Positions 1 through 10,419 are shown, counted from the stretch's first letter. The stretch is 62,826 nucleotides of DNA from Nostoc sp. (GCA_036918135.1 JBALDB010000021.1:1-62826), one strand, 5' to 3'. Made by a program: numbers and translations. The notes: generated by a model from the sequence alone, not told the origin.

Positions 1-329
1 TTACTGCTATGAATCAATTTAAACCCTATTATGTTTCTGGATGATTTAGCTCCTGAACTACTTACTTTCTCCGGAAACTGACACAAGAGGGGTAATCCCA
101 GCTTTATCTGTGACTCTGCAAATGAAACTAGCAGACCAGTGGAACAAAAATATACAGTTAATGGTTGAATATTTGCCCAGTTATCGGGTAAAGCTTCCAT
201 TAAATTAATACTGAAAGTGAAGCACAATTAATTTAAGTATAAGAGCTAACATACTTTTCAAGTATTACTCAATACTTGTTAGTGCCTCCAGTTGAGCCAG
301 CAGTTTTTCAATTAAAATCAGTTAGCTAG

Positions 330-938
330 CTAAGATGAAATTGGTACATTTTTAAATGCGGCTGTATCTGGAACAAAAATGTCCAAATTATTGACACCAT
401 CTGGAACTCTTAGCCAGATATAAGCATCTGCGGAGGCTTGTGGACGTACTTGGAACAAAGAAACGGTTCCTGTTGAGCGATCGAGAGCTACTCCTTTGTA
501 AGTTACGCTAGTGTCAGGATTACGGGCTGTTGCACTCGCAATCGATATGATATCACTACCAACAACTCCGTCTGTAGCAAGCCGACGAATACGCATTTGC
601 ACATTTATGACATCACGGTTTCCAGTTTCTGGATCTTTAATTCGCTTAGCTGAAAGTAACTCCACTTCTGCCTTTTTGCCAAAAGCAGGCTGCACAAATT
701 GACCAGGTTGAATTGCTGAGGTAGTAGCAGTAGCTGGCAATGGTGATGCTGTTGGTTGTGTTGAAGAAGTTGTAGCTGTAGGACTTGGCACTTGAGTGGG
801 AGTGGTATTGCTTAGTGTATTAGTGTTAGTGGCATTTAGCGTCTCCCGTAGCGTGAAAACTTCGTAAGCTACATAACCGCTACATCCTAATGCCAAAGTA
901 GAGAGTAATACAGCCACACTAGATAAAAATGTACTCAC
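330..938 (-). CDS. Hypothetical membrane-anchored protein with Thr/Pro-rich linker
   Basis: 202-aa ORF; N-terminal hydrophobic helix, T/P/S linker, C-terminal beta-rich domain. Confidence 0.75.
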   Translation of the reverse strand: MSTFLSSVAVLLSTLALGCSGYVAYEVFTLRETLNATNTNTLSNTTPTQVPSPTATTSSTQPTASPLPATATTSAIQPGQFVQPAFGKKAEVELLSAKRIKDPETGNRDVINVQMRIRRLATDGVVGSDIISIASATARNPDTSVTYKGVALDRSTGTVSLFQVRPQASADAYIWLRVPDGVNNLDIFVPDTAAFKNVPISS

Positions 939-1153
939 ACCGTTGCCTCGATTTCGTATTTCTGTAAATATAAATTAATTCACCTTTAGATTTTAGGATC
1001 CGATAAATTATGTTGACACACCCGCGATCGCATTTCTGTTCGGCAACTTGTCAACATAATTTGTAATTCATAATTCGTGAATTACGAATTAGTAATTATC
1101 TGGTCAAACCATTTGACAATTTCTAATCCCCAGTCTCCTAAACCCAGCTAGCA

Positions 1154-2221
1154 TTATAGCCAAGCGCGGTCATATTGAACAGGCCAGAGTTTATCGTGTC
1201 CGAGTTGTTTGGCTGCTAGATGCGGCCAATAAGGATTACGGAGTAGTTCGCGTCCTAACAGGACTATATCAGCTACTTCTGTGCTAATCAGCTGGTCAGC
1301 TTGTTCTGGAGATGTAATTAACCCTACTGCTCCTGTATGGATATTAGCTTCGCGGCGGATGCGTTGGGCAAATTGAGTTTGATAACCAGGTTTCACTGGT
1401 ATGTTGATCCCAGGTATAATGCCCCCTGATGAAGTGTCGATGAGATCGACTCCTAGAGATTTAAGTTTGTCACTTAAAGCGATACTTTGCTCAATGTCCC
1501 AGCCTTTATCTACCCAGTCGGTGGCGGAAATGCGTACCCAAAGTGGATATGTTAGAGGCCAAACCTCTCGAATTCCTCGAACGACTTCTGTTAACAAACG
1601 AGTTCGGTTTTCAAAGCTACCACCATAATCATCTTGACGGTGGTTAGAAAGGGGTGAGAGAAACTGGTGTAATAGATAACCGTGGGCAGCATGGATTTCA
1701 ACTACCTTGAAACCAGCTTCTAGAGAACGTTTGGCAGCTTGGATAAAGGCATTAATCACTTCTTGAATTCCTTCAAGACTTAAGGCTTCAGGCACAGGGC
1801 TATCTTTGCTAAAAGCGATCGCACTACTCGAAACCAAGGGACGCCAACCTTCCTGAGATTCATCGAGTACTTTTCCTCCCTTACTCGGTTTAGCAATGCT
1901 GGCCTTTCTGCCTGCATGAGCAAGTTGAATACCTGCAACAGCTCCAAAGTTATGAATCAATGCCACAGTTTTGGCTAAAGCTTGTATATGTGCATCTGAC
2001 CAAATACCCAAATCTTGCGGGCTAATCCGCCCACGTGGTTCCACAGCTGCGGCCTCTGTTAATACAATACCTGCACCGCCAACTGCACGAGAAGCTAGAT
2101 GCACCATATGCCAATCATTAGCATATCCGTTTGTACTCGAATATTGACACATCGGTGAAACAGCGATGCGGTTGCGAAAAGTAACTTCACGAATCCTGAA
2201 TGATTCAAACAGGTGTGGCAT
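1154..2221 (-). CDS. NADH:flavin oxidoreductase (Old Yellow Enzyme, YqjM/NamA-like)
   Basis: SPMCQYS, QLAHAGRKAS and EIHAAHGYLLHQFLSP motifs. Confidence 0.93.
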   Translation of the reverse strand: MPHLFESFRIREVTFRNRIAVSPMCQYSSTNGYANDWHMVHLASRAVGGAGIVLTEAAAVEPRGRISPQDLGIWSDAHIQALAKTVALIHNFGAVAGIQLAHAGRKASIAKPSKGGKVLDESQEGWRPLVSSSAIAFSKDSPVPEALSLEGIQEVINAFIQAAKRSLEAGFKVVEIHAAHGYLLHQFLSPLSNHRQDDYGGSFENRTRLLTEVVRGIREVWPLTYPLWVRISATDWVDKGWDIEQSIALSDKLKSLGVDLIDTSSGGIIPGINIPVKPGYQTQFAQRIRREANIHTGAVGLITSPEQADQLISTEVADIVLLGRELLRNPYWPHLAAKQLGHDKLWPVQYDRAWL

Positions 2222-2298
2222 CGGTATTGATTCCTTCTGTTGCTAGCTGAAAGAAATTCTAAATAGGTTTGCAGCATTAACTCAAAAAGCGATCGTTA

Positions 2299-2382
2299 TT
2301 ACAGCACTTTTCAGGTATTTAGACCAGCAATCAGACACAAAGTAGGAAGTGATGTAGTTTAATTACTTGAAAAGCGCTGTAA
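2299..2382. repeat. MITE-like element with 19-bp terminal inverted repeats
   Basis: TTACAGCACTTTTCAGGTA (2299-2317) vs reverse complement of 2364-2382, 17/19 identical. Confidence 0.55.
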
Positions 2383-2470
2383 AACGCTAGTTTCCTGCGT
2401 CCGGAGAGTGGCTATCTGTGATTAGGTCACTGTGCTTTTTATACCTTATTATCATGGATTGGCTATGGAG

Positions 2471-2719
2471 TTAAATGCTTTTTAAATCATTACCGCGATC
2501 GAGACTGACATGAATCGGCTTAGAATCAGGCTTTTCGCTTTGCAATTCCCAGATATCGTATTTTACTTGTTCTTGATCCGCCAATAACTGTATATGTTCT
2601 GGCAATTTAGTTGTTTGCCAAATTGACCAAATTTCTCCATATAGGCATTCTCTTTCAAGTTGTCCAAAAAACATTGGCTTATTCTCCACTAGTGTTGTAG
2701 TTAAACAATTTGATTGCAT
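2471..2719 (-). CDS. Small hypothetical protein
   Basis: 82-aa ATG-started ORF, no recognisable motif. Confidence 0.45.
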   Translation of the reverse strand: MQSNCLTTTLVENKPMFFGQLERECLYGEIWSIWQTTKLPEHIQLLADQEQVKYDIWELQSEKPDSKPIHVSLDRGNDLKSI

Positions 2720-3520
2720 AGTATTCGTAATTAACTAAATCAGAGAAGATATAAAAAATAATAGATAATCAATAGGTATAATTTTCCAACTTAGTGATTC
2801 TTTAAATACCTATTTTTATACAGCAGAATTAATAACTATTATTGCAATGACAGTTATTAATTCTATAAAAAGTTAATAAAAATGATAGAATTTGAAATTA
2901 ATGATTCCTATCGCAATCCGCTTTGATTTTTAAACCTGTTTATAAAGAAATGTAAAGAGCAAGAATGCGGTAATTGCATGATTAAAATAATGGTTTATGT
3001 GATTTTGAAACACCTTATAACATCAATTTTCAACTTCATAATTGTTTACAAATAAAGCTTTGACACCAAGATACTTATTAATTAACAGAAGTGAATTGAT
3101 GATTGTGAATATAAAGTAGGTATAAATTAAGCTATTAAGCATTAAATTTGTACTGCTATGGGTGGGCTTTAGAGCGATCGCCTGTTTAGCGGTAAATCCC
3201 TCATGTCTTAGCGGCTGCACCTGATGGATCTAGCAGCAGTTCTAAAGCTGGACTGTGGTCGAGTATTTTCATGGTTGCTTTAGTAATCTTTTTATATATC
3301 AAGCGCATGTAATCATGAGCTTGCTGGAGCGATCGCCGATCTGGACGACCTTCGTCATCCAGGGAAAATGGATTTTTGGTGTAAGTACTAAAAATCGATA
3401 AATTTACCGTATAATACATTTATGAGATTTGCATAAATTGTGCTAAAAAACAAGAGAGCGCTGAAAATTTATTTATAGAAGTTAATAAAATTTGGTGCAG
3501 CCTGACAAAGATTAGAAATT

Positions 3521-3660
3521 CGTCTGCCACAATTGCAATGGCAGACAGAACTATCCCAAACTTGCTCAATGGTATGATGAATTTTCTGGACGGCCGTCCC
3601 TGCACGTGACTAAACCAGAGTCCTAAAAACTCAAACCTCGTCTGGTCTGTCAGTCCAGTA
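3521..3660 (+). promoter_or_regulatory. Candidate structured 5' leader with 23-codon uORF (3538-3609) upstream of DMT transporter
   Basis: GC-rich island; CTGGAC/GTCCAG, TGAC/GTCA and ACCAGA/TCTGGT pairings; GTCTGCCA/TGGCAGAC hairpin; uORF MADRTIPNLLNGMMNFLDGRPCT. Confidence 0.4.
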
Positions 3661-3701
3661 GTTTTAGCAATACAATCGGGTTTGAAAAAACCTTTTATAG
3701 T

Positions 3702-4673
3702 GTGTTAGGTATTCTGATAGTTCTTCTATCCTCCTTTGTTTTGGCGTTCCACAATGTTACTGTCCGAGTTTTATTTTCAGAACATCTCGTAGTAAGTTTA
3801 TTTTTACTCGGTGGATACGTTAAACCGGATTTGCAAAATTCATTCTTGCTGATGTTCATGCGAATGCTACTCGTGGTTCCACTCATGGGATTTCTAGCAT
3901 TCAAGCTATATCCATCTGCTTTTAAAGAATTTCAAGACTTATTCACTCGCCAATACCGCGATGTTCTGATTCAAGCGTTTAGCTGTGGAGTACTGATGTT
4001 TGTCTATATTGCCTTACTCTACATTGCTATTGGCTTAATTCCCACTGGAATTGCTACGACCCTTTTCTTTATCTATCCTGTGTTTACAGCGTTGCTATCC
4101 TGGAAGTTTTTTGGTCAACGCCCTACATTCTTCCGTTGGCTGGTGATGGGGATTATTTTAGTGGGCTGCGTTCTTGTTATTCCCAAATCTTCTGTAAACC
4201 ACAGCAACCATAGCATTGTAGTTGGCATTTTGGCCAGTGTTAGTGCTGGAATTATTTATGCCTTCTATAATGTCATCGCCCAAAAATGCTTAGAAAAATT
4301 CCATCCAGTTCCTTTCACTTGGATCAGTTTTGCTTCTACACTGCTACTTTCCGGTGTTGGCTTACTGTTGTGGCCAGTTCCCAGCACCCAACTTGACTGG
4401 ACACCTCTGTGGATTGGTAGCATCTTTTCAGGTTTGGTCAGCTTTATCGGCCACACTCTGAACAATTTAGGGATTCGCATGATTGGCGCAACTACCGCAT
4501 CAATAGTCGGTTCAAGCAGTCCTGCGTTAACAGCGATAGTGGCGTGGGGAACGATTAGCGAAACCTTAAACTTGACTCAAATTATTGGGATTGGTATTGT
4601 CACATTTGGTATTGCTTTGCTTAGTGGAGAAAGCTTTTTTCAATCACTCCAAATTAGGAGGAGTAGGGACTAA
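3702..4673 (+). CDS. DMT/EamA family transporter
   Basis: About 10 hydrophobic segments; FFIYPVFTALL and IGATTASIVGSSSPALT EamA-like motifs. Confidence 0.9.
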   Translation: MLGILIVLLSSFVLAFHNVTVRVLFSEHLVVSLFLLGGYVKPDLQNSFLLMFMRMLLVVPLMGFLAFKLYPSAFKEFQDLFTRQYRDVLIQAFSCGVLMFVYIALLYIAIGLIPTGIATTLFFIYPVFTALLSWKFFGQRPTFFRWLVMGIILVGCVLVIPKSSVNHSNHSIVVGILASVSAGIIYAFYNVIAQKCLEKFHPVPFTWISFASTLLLSGVGLLLWPVPSTQLDWTPLWIGSIFSGLVSFIGHTLNNLGIRMIGATTASIVGSSSPALTAIVAWGTISETLNLTQIIGIGIVTFGIALLSGESFFQSLQIRRSRD

Positions 4674-4727
4674 GGATTGAAGATTGGGGACTAAAAATTA
4701 ATATATTTATCTAAATTGGTAATAACA

Positions 4728-5114
4728 ATGACTCCAGTAAATGACCTTAGCATTGTAGCTGAAGTGACTGATTTATATCTTCAATATGAAGAAGCCCTTT
4801 GTAATAACAATTTAGAAGTGATGGATGGGTTATTTTGGGATGCACTGGAAGTGGTGCGATTTGGGGTAACAGAAAATCTCTATGGTAGCGATGAAATTCG
4901 TAACTTTCGCCAGAATCGACCAAATCCGAAAATAGAGCGAGAAATCTCGAATCTTAAAGTTGTAACATTTGGAAAAGATACAGCAACTGTGAGTTTAGAG
5001 TTTCGCCGCATTATCGATGGTGTAGAGCGTTACGGGCGACAAAGCCAGACTTGGTACAGGTTTTCCGAAGGATGGAAAGTAGTTTCAGCACATGTTTCTT
5101 TATTACCTAAGTAA
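4728..5114 (+). CDS. AtzH/HpxZ-like (DUF3225, NTF2-fold) protein
   Basis: YEEAL..N, VRFG..ENLYG..EI..FR, GRQSQTW and GWKVVSAHVS motifs; ATG at 4728 preferred to TTG 4716. Confidence 0.88.
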   Translation: MTPVNDLSIVAEVTDLYLQYEEALCNNNLEVMDGLFWDALEVVRFGVTENLYGSDEIRNFRQNRPNPKIEREISNLKVVTFGKDTATVSLEFRRIIDGVERYGRQSQTWYRFSEGWKVVSAHVSLLPK

Positions 5115-5274
5115 GTCGGCACAATAAAACCAAACCATGTGAAGAAAGATTAATTAGACTAAAACTCTCTTTCCTCCTGCCTCCTGCCTTACCTCAACAA
5201 TAAATTTTCCTACCCACCTACTTATGTGAATTTTACGTGAAGAAACTCCTTTAAATAAGTTGGCTGATTAAACA

Positions 5275-5308
5275 AGAATCCCACAGCTTGAAGCCGTGGG
5301 AGTATCAA
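5275..5308 (+). mobile_element. Isolated IS200/IS605-type right-end hairpin remnant
   Basis: AGAATCCCACAGCTTGAAGCCGTGGGAGTATCAA: subterminal hairpin ending in TCAA; no transposase nearby. Confidence 0.55.
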
Positions 5309-5392
5309 ATCCATAGTCAAGCACCCGAAATTGTCTGTTTGCTACACACACTCAAAGTCGTCTTTTCTAGTGATTAAAAATTGTCATTTGAC

Positions 5393-6277
5393 CTAATTTG
5401 TTGGGCTGAAACAGGTTTCATCCTTAGATATTAAACAAAGCTGGTTCTGACCCAAATCGGTTTTGAATTTTACTTGATAAGTTTCGTTTTCAGCAGGCAA
5501 AGTTTTCGTGTAGTTGTTCGCTCGATCGCACGAAAAGTCACGAGTGAAAGTTCCTCCAGACCAGTTAATTGTCATTGTACTACCGCTCAGATTGACTTTT
5601 CCTTTTCGAGATTGAAAAATTTGCTGGTTACAGCTACCGTTCATCACGTTCATAATTCCGGTGAATTCGGCTCTTCCGTTCGGCAGAAATTGATAAGTGA
5701 AACGCGAACCGTTCGATCCGATAAATGTGCCACTCGTGTTGTAAGCACTATTTCCAGTACGCGCCCAAACCCATTTTCCAACTAAAGACGAAATATCTCC
5801 AACGCTGCTGGATGAATTATCCGCATTATTTGCAGCGGTTTCATTTGCGTGGGCGCTGTTGTAAACAGACAGTAAAAGTTTGGCTTCCGGATCGTTCGGT
5901 AAATTCTGCAATTGCCCGACAAATTCTGTATTAAATGCTTGCCGAACTCGACTTTGTTCGTCTTCATTCTTACCAAGAACTTGCGTATAATTGGAAATTA
6001 TATCGTCAATACTTTTTGTGGTTCCTGCTGGGTCTTTGCGATATTCATTTAATTTTAGCGACTGATATTGATTACGCTGTTCTGGAGTGAATTTTGCGGC
6101 AAATGCCCATTCGTAAAAAGCAATAACCTTATCAATATCTGATTTACTAAGAGGTTGATTTTCCGCCGTTACTAAAACTTTACTTCCGGCAGCTTTAGCA
6201 GGAATATTTATAGTCGCTCCATCCAGCAAAACGATAGATAAAACTAACATGGAAATATATTTTAGTTTGTTCATCAT
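5393..6277 (-). CDS. Hypothetical secreted protein
   Basis: Signal-peptide-like N terminus, helical N domain, C-terminal beta domain (LVGKWVW) with 4 Cys. Confidence 0.8.
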   Translation of the reverse strand: MMNKLKYISMLVLSIVLLDGATINIPAKAAGSKVLVTAENQPLSKSDIDKVIAFYEWAFAAKFTPEQRNQYQSLKLNEYRKDPAGTTKSIDDIISNYTQVLGKNEDEQSRVRQAFNTEFVGQLQNLPNDPEAKLLLSVYNSAHANETAANNADNSSSSVGDISSLVGKWVWARTGNSAYNTSGTFIGSNGSRFTYQFLPNGRAEFTGIMNVMNGSCNQQIFQSRKGKVNLSGSTMTINWSGGTFTRDFSCDRANNYTKTLPAENETYQVKFKTDLGQNQLCLISKDETCFSPTN

Positions 6278-6749
6278 TAGTGTAATTACGCTGCTATTTA
6301 ATCAATTTACTTAGTGAGTAGATAATTGATATCCAATGTTGCACTTGTAAATATGTAACTAAATAGTTAGATTACCATTAAATTAATTATCAGCACTCAA
6401 GGTTTACAAATAAGAATAAAAATATATAAGGTTAAATAACTATCGTTACATTAGCTATCTGTTAGAATATATCAAGAGTTAAATCAAGCTATTATAAATG
6501 CTCTTGATGCACTGTAAAAATACAAATTTGTTTAACCTCAAATATTAATAAATGTCTGAAAGCTTGGAAGCTTGAATATACAGGATAACCTGACACTACA
6601 AGAATACTGACCGCCAAAATGGTAAGGACGCTAGACCCAATAAGAGAATTTTGGTTGAAAGCTCCCCAGATCATTGCTACAGAAATTCGAGTTAGTGCCA
6701 GACATGCAGGAATTTTAAAAACTCTAAAAAATTGAATTTCTTGCGAAAG

Positions 6750-7805
6750 TCAATTTGCTAGCAAATAAATCAGCGCTTCGACTAAAACCTGATTTTGTTC
6801 ATCAGTACCAACAGTGATGCGTAATTTATCCTCTAATCCTGGCTGTTTGAAGTAGCGGATTAAAATTCCCTGTTGCTTGAGTTTTTGATAAAGATATTCG
6901 GCATTTTCTATTGGCGGCTGTGCCAGTAAAAAGTTAGTTTGGGAATCCCAAATATGAAAACCTAATTGTTTTAAGTCTGCTGCTAGCTTAGTCCGCGACG
7001 CTTTAATTTTTGCCACACAAGCATTTTTATAAGCTTGGTCGGTAATTGCAGCTGTACCAATTGCACAAGCGATCGCATCAATGTTATAGCTATCTTTGAC
7101 TTTAAACAATCCATGCAACAGCTTGGGATTCGCCACCCCAAATCCTAGTCGCAATCCTGCTAACGAATACCCTTTAGAAAGTGTGCGAATTACAATTACG
7201 TTTTCATATTCTTTTACCAAAGCCAATGCATTCTCTTCCGTAAAATCTACGTATGCTTCATCAATTACTAAAACTCCAGATAACTGGCTGGCTAGTTTTC
7301 GCAAGTCATCTGTTGCCACTACATGCCCGGATGGACTGTTAGGCGAGGCAATGAATGTTACAGAACCATCGACAGCAATCAGTTCTTCTAGCGGTAAACT
7401 GTAATCCTTGCAGTAATGAATTTCAGTAATATCCGCATTCTGCATTTGGGCTAATGTCCGATATAGCACGTAAGTTGGCATTGGATAGACTACTTTGCGT
7501 CCGGGTTCTGTACAGGCTCGAATCACTACGCTTAACAATTCGTCACTGCCATTTCCCACAATTATCCAATCGCTAGGAACTCCTAATACTTTACTAGCAG
7601 CTTGTCTAAATTCCTCCCCGAAAGGTTCTGGATACCGCCGTAACCATTCTCCATCGATATTATGCAGCACAGCTAATGCCGCAGGGGAGGGAGGATAAGG
7701 GTTTTCATTACTGTTGAGTTTAATAATCTGTGTACCGCGTTGAGGCTGCTCACCAGGAATATAGCTAGCCATTGCATCAACATTGGAGCGGAAATACTTA
7801 GTCAT
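6750..7805 (-). CDS. hisC: Histidinol-phosphate aminotransferase
   Basis: KLNSNENPYPPSP, GNGSDE, IDEAYVDF and RTLSKGYSLAGLRLG motifs. Confidence 0.95.
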   Translation of the reverse strand: MTKYFRSNVDAMASYIPGEQPQRGTQIIKLNSNENPYPPSPAALAVLHNIDGEWLRRYPEPFGEEFRQAASKVLGVPSDWIIVGNGSDELLSVVIRACTEPGRKVVYPMPTYVLYRTLAQMQNADITEIHYCKDYSLPLEELIAVDGSVTFIASPNSPSGHVVATDDLRKLASQLSGVLVIDEAYVDFTEENALALVKEYENVIVIRTLSKGYSLAGLRLGFGVANPKLLHGLFKVKDSYNIDAIACAIGTAAITDQAYKNACVAKIKASRTKLAADLKQLGFHIWDSQTNFLLAQPPIENAEYLYQKLKQQGILIRYFKQPGLEDKLRITVGTDEQNQVLVEALIYLLAN

Positions 7806-7983
7806 GCTAATTCATAATTCATAATTCATAATTTATACTTTGTTTTTAGATATAGACAATTAAATAAGCAGCGTTGCTGAATAATAAGATGATTGACGGG
7901 GATCCTCTTATATTTAGACCCGGTAATTATATATTGATACAAATTCTTTAATCATCCCGCAATGAAAGCAACATCAAATAAAC

Positions 7984-8017
7984 AATCCCCAAGCTTGAGC
8001 TATGGGGAATACGTCAA
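7984..8017 (+). mobile_element. Second IS200/IS605-type right-end hairpin remnant
   Basis: AATCCCCAAGCTTGAGCTATGGGGAATACGTCAA, similar to 5275-5308. Confidence 0.55.
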
Positions 8018-8105
8018 AATTAGCGATCGCCACCAGTTATACCAATTCTCTCAAATCAGATAACAGATTTAAGCCCCAAACCTAGACGAAATCTGACTTT
8101 CTTAA

Positions 8106-8594
8106 TTACGAATTACAAATTGGTATTACAGCTACCCGCACATGTTTATTAACGTAGTCTACAAATAGTTGCTTCAACCGAGGACTAACATTAGCGTGTT
8201 CAAAGAACCCAAAGCCTACATTTCGAGCTTTTGATAAAGTTTGCTCTGGCGTTAATCCCTCTTGAACAGCGACACTCAATAATGCAATTCCAGTCGAGCG
8301 CATTCCTGCTGCACAATGCACAACTGCTGGTTTGGGAATTTGTTCGAGTGTTGTCAGTATTTTGGTGATTAATTCTTCATTCAGCGCTTCCAGCTTGAGT
8401 GGGACATTTGTATAGTGCAGTCCCAATGCTTCCGCTACCCGTTGCTCATCTTGGGAAAATCCTAACTCATCAGGCGATCGCAGATTTAAAATCGACTTAA
8501 AACCTTCTTGACTAGCTTGCTCGAGCTGTTTTGGTATGACTTGTCCTGTCGTTGTCAAGTTTTCGTTAATTTGTATGGCGTTGATCACATTCAC
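8106..8594 (-). CDS. DUF442/PTP-like (Cx5R) phosphatase or sulfurtransferase
   Basis: GFKSILNLR and VHCAAGMRS motifs; GTG start. Confidence 0.85.
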   Translation of the reverse strand: MNVINAIQINENLTTTGQVIPKQLEQASQEGFKSILNLRSPDELGFSQDEQRVAEALGLHYTNVPLKLEALNEELITKILTTLEQIPKPAVVHCAAGMRSTGIALLSVAVQEGLTPEQTLSKARNVGFGFFEHANVSPRLKQLFVDYVNKHVRVAVIPICNS

Positions 8595-8978
8595 TCCTTT
8601 GAACTTTCTCGGATCTTCTAGCTTGATAAATGCTTTTTAGAACAAGCTTTCAGAAGATATTTAAATAAGCACAACAAAATTTGCCAAATATTAGAAGTTA
8701 TTGCTTGATTACTTCTGAATTTGTCTTTTGGATTGATTATTTTATTGCTCTATCCATAATATACGGTTCGTCGATAGATTTACTGTAAATTTAAATATGT
8801 TATATATAATGAAAATAACTTTACTATTAGTTATAGCTAGGACGAATTTGATATTCTCAAAGGCATGTACTGCGCCAGACAATGGAGTCTGTTCTCAAAG
8901 ATGGTGTGTCCTAACACTACTGGCGACGGCTATACCTCCTGCCTCCTGCCTCCTGCTATAAATGCCAACCTTAAAACT

Positions 8979-9473
8979 ATGAGCAGTAATCAAATATCTC
9001 TTCGACCTGCCGATCAAAAAGATGTGTGGATGCTGAGCGCAATTCATATTGCTGCTATCAAAGCTCTTCCTGCAACTTTTTATACCGAAGAAGAACTTTT
9101 AGCTTGGCGTAATAACTGCAACCAGCCTGATGGTTCAAAAATATTAAAAAATATGAAACTAGAATCTTTGTGGGTTGCAATCGAGGGAGATGTTCTTATG
9201 GGTTTTGCTAGTTTCGTTATTGATGAACTAATTGGGTTATACGTCCATCCTAAACATCAAGGTAAAGGTATTGGGCGTGCTTTAGTCGAACATTTTTGTG
9301 AGCAAGCAAGCAAGCAAGGTATAGATAAGGTAATTACAACTGCTAGCCTTTATGCTGAAGGGTTTTATTTACGATTAGGATTTACTGTTATCCAAAGAGT
9401 GCCTCATTATTTAAGAACTGGGATAGTTGTCCCAGTTACCAAGATGAGTAAAATATTAACTAGCACTGAGTAA
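8979..9473 (+). CDS. GNAT family N-acetyltransferase
   Basis: LYVHPKHQGKGIGRAL acetyl-CoA motif and A.GFY..LGF; the longer ORF from 8865 runs through a repeat, so ATG 8979 is preferred. Confidence 0.9.
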   Translation: MSSNQISLRPADQKDVWMLSAIHIAAIKALPATFYTEEELLAWRNNCNQPDGSKILKNMKLESLWVAIEGDVLMGFASFVIDELIGLYVHPKHQGKGIGRALVEHFCEQASKQGIDKVITTASLYAEGFYLRLGFTVIQRVPHYLRTGIVVPVTKMSKILTSTE

Positions 9474-9507
9474 ATAGTATAATAATCAGTCATTATAAGT
9501 TTAAAAA

Positions 9508-10419
9508 ATGCCCAATTACACCAGCCAATCTATAGGTTTTGTTCTATTAACACACACAAAACCGCTACAGATTTACAGACTGATAAATACGTTAAACAGG
9601 ATGTTCAATTATCCAGTAATTGTCTGTCATCATGATTTTTCCAAATGTGATTTATCTGTAGATGCTCTGTCAAAAAATGTTTTACTAGTACGCCCTCACG
9701 TGCAGACAGAGTGGGCAGGATTTACTCTCATAGAAGCTACAATTCAGTCACTTCAACTGATGTACAAAGCTACAGATGCACCTGATTGGTTTGTATTACT
9801 CAGTGGAGCAGACTATCCCATTAAAAGTGCAAGACAAATATTGGACGATCTAACTTTAAATCCATATGATGCTTATATTCAGTACGAGCAAATCACATAT
9901 GAGACTTATAAACTTGATTTAAAACCAAACATGTTATGGCTAAAGAATTCCTATCAACGATACTGTACAAAATCTTTTTCTTTTAATTACTTAAAAAAAT
10001 ACTTTGCTCAACTGAATATAGAAATTTGCTTAGAACATCCTTTGTTAACAAAAGCTTTTCTGCCTTTTTCAGATAAACTTGCTTGCTTTAGTGGAAGTCA
10101 ATGGTTTTGTGCTAATCGTAAAGCTGCTGAGTACATTATTGATTTCCACAGTCAGAAAAATGCTGTAACTTTGTATTACGAGAAACTGAAGTATACCGAT
10201 GAGTCATATTTTCAGACTATACTTGCTAATGCACCTCACCTGAAATTAAAGAATGACCGTCGGCGATATATTGATTGGTCGAGAGGAGGTCCTCATCCAA
10301 AAGTATTATTAATGGAAGATTTGCCTAATCTGATGGGATCATCCGCTCATTTTGCTCGAAAATTTGACATTAATGTAGATAGTAATATTCTCGATGAACT
10401 CGACCGGATTACATCCTAG
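9508..10419 (+). CDS. GT14 (core-2/I-branching) glycosyltransferase
   Basis: LLSGADYPIK, GSQWF, DESYFQT, RYIDW and FARKFD motifs. Confidence 0.9.
   Translation: MPNYTSQSIGFVLLTHTKPLQIYRLINTLNRMFNYPVIVCHHDFSKCDLSVDALSKNVLLVRPHVQTEWAGFTLIEATIQSLQLMYKATDAPDWFVLLSGADYPIKSARQILDDLTLNPYDAYIQYEQITYETYKLDLKPNMLWLKNSYQRYCTKSFSFNYLKKYFAQLNIEICLEHPLLTKAFLPFSDKLACFSGSQWFCANRKAAEYIIDFHSQKNAVTLYYEKLKYTDESYFQTILANAPHLKLKNDRRRYIDWSRGGPHPKVLLMEDLPNLMGSSAHFARKFDINVDSNILDELDRITS

Noticed and set aside
3023..3605. Three short minus-strand ORFs
   Set aside because: No recognisable motifs or RBS; one is antisense to the candidate leader. They cannot be supported as genes.
3658..3673. Possible NtcA site before the DMT gene
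   Set aside because: Spacing is GTA-N10-TAC, not the required GTA-N8-TAC.
6653..6661. GGTTGAAAG, matching the 3' end of V-K repeats
   Set aside because: Only 9 bp, with no repeat body, transposon end or recognisable target; probably chance.
6492..6674. Hydrophobic 60-aa ORF, possibly a permease C-terminal fragment
   Set aside because: Resemblance is too weak to call without a search.
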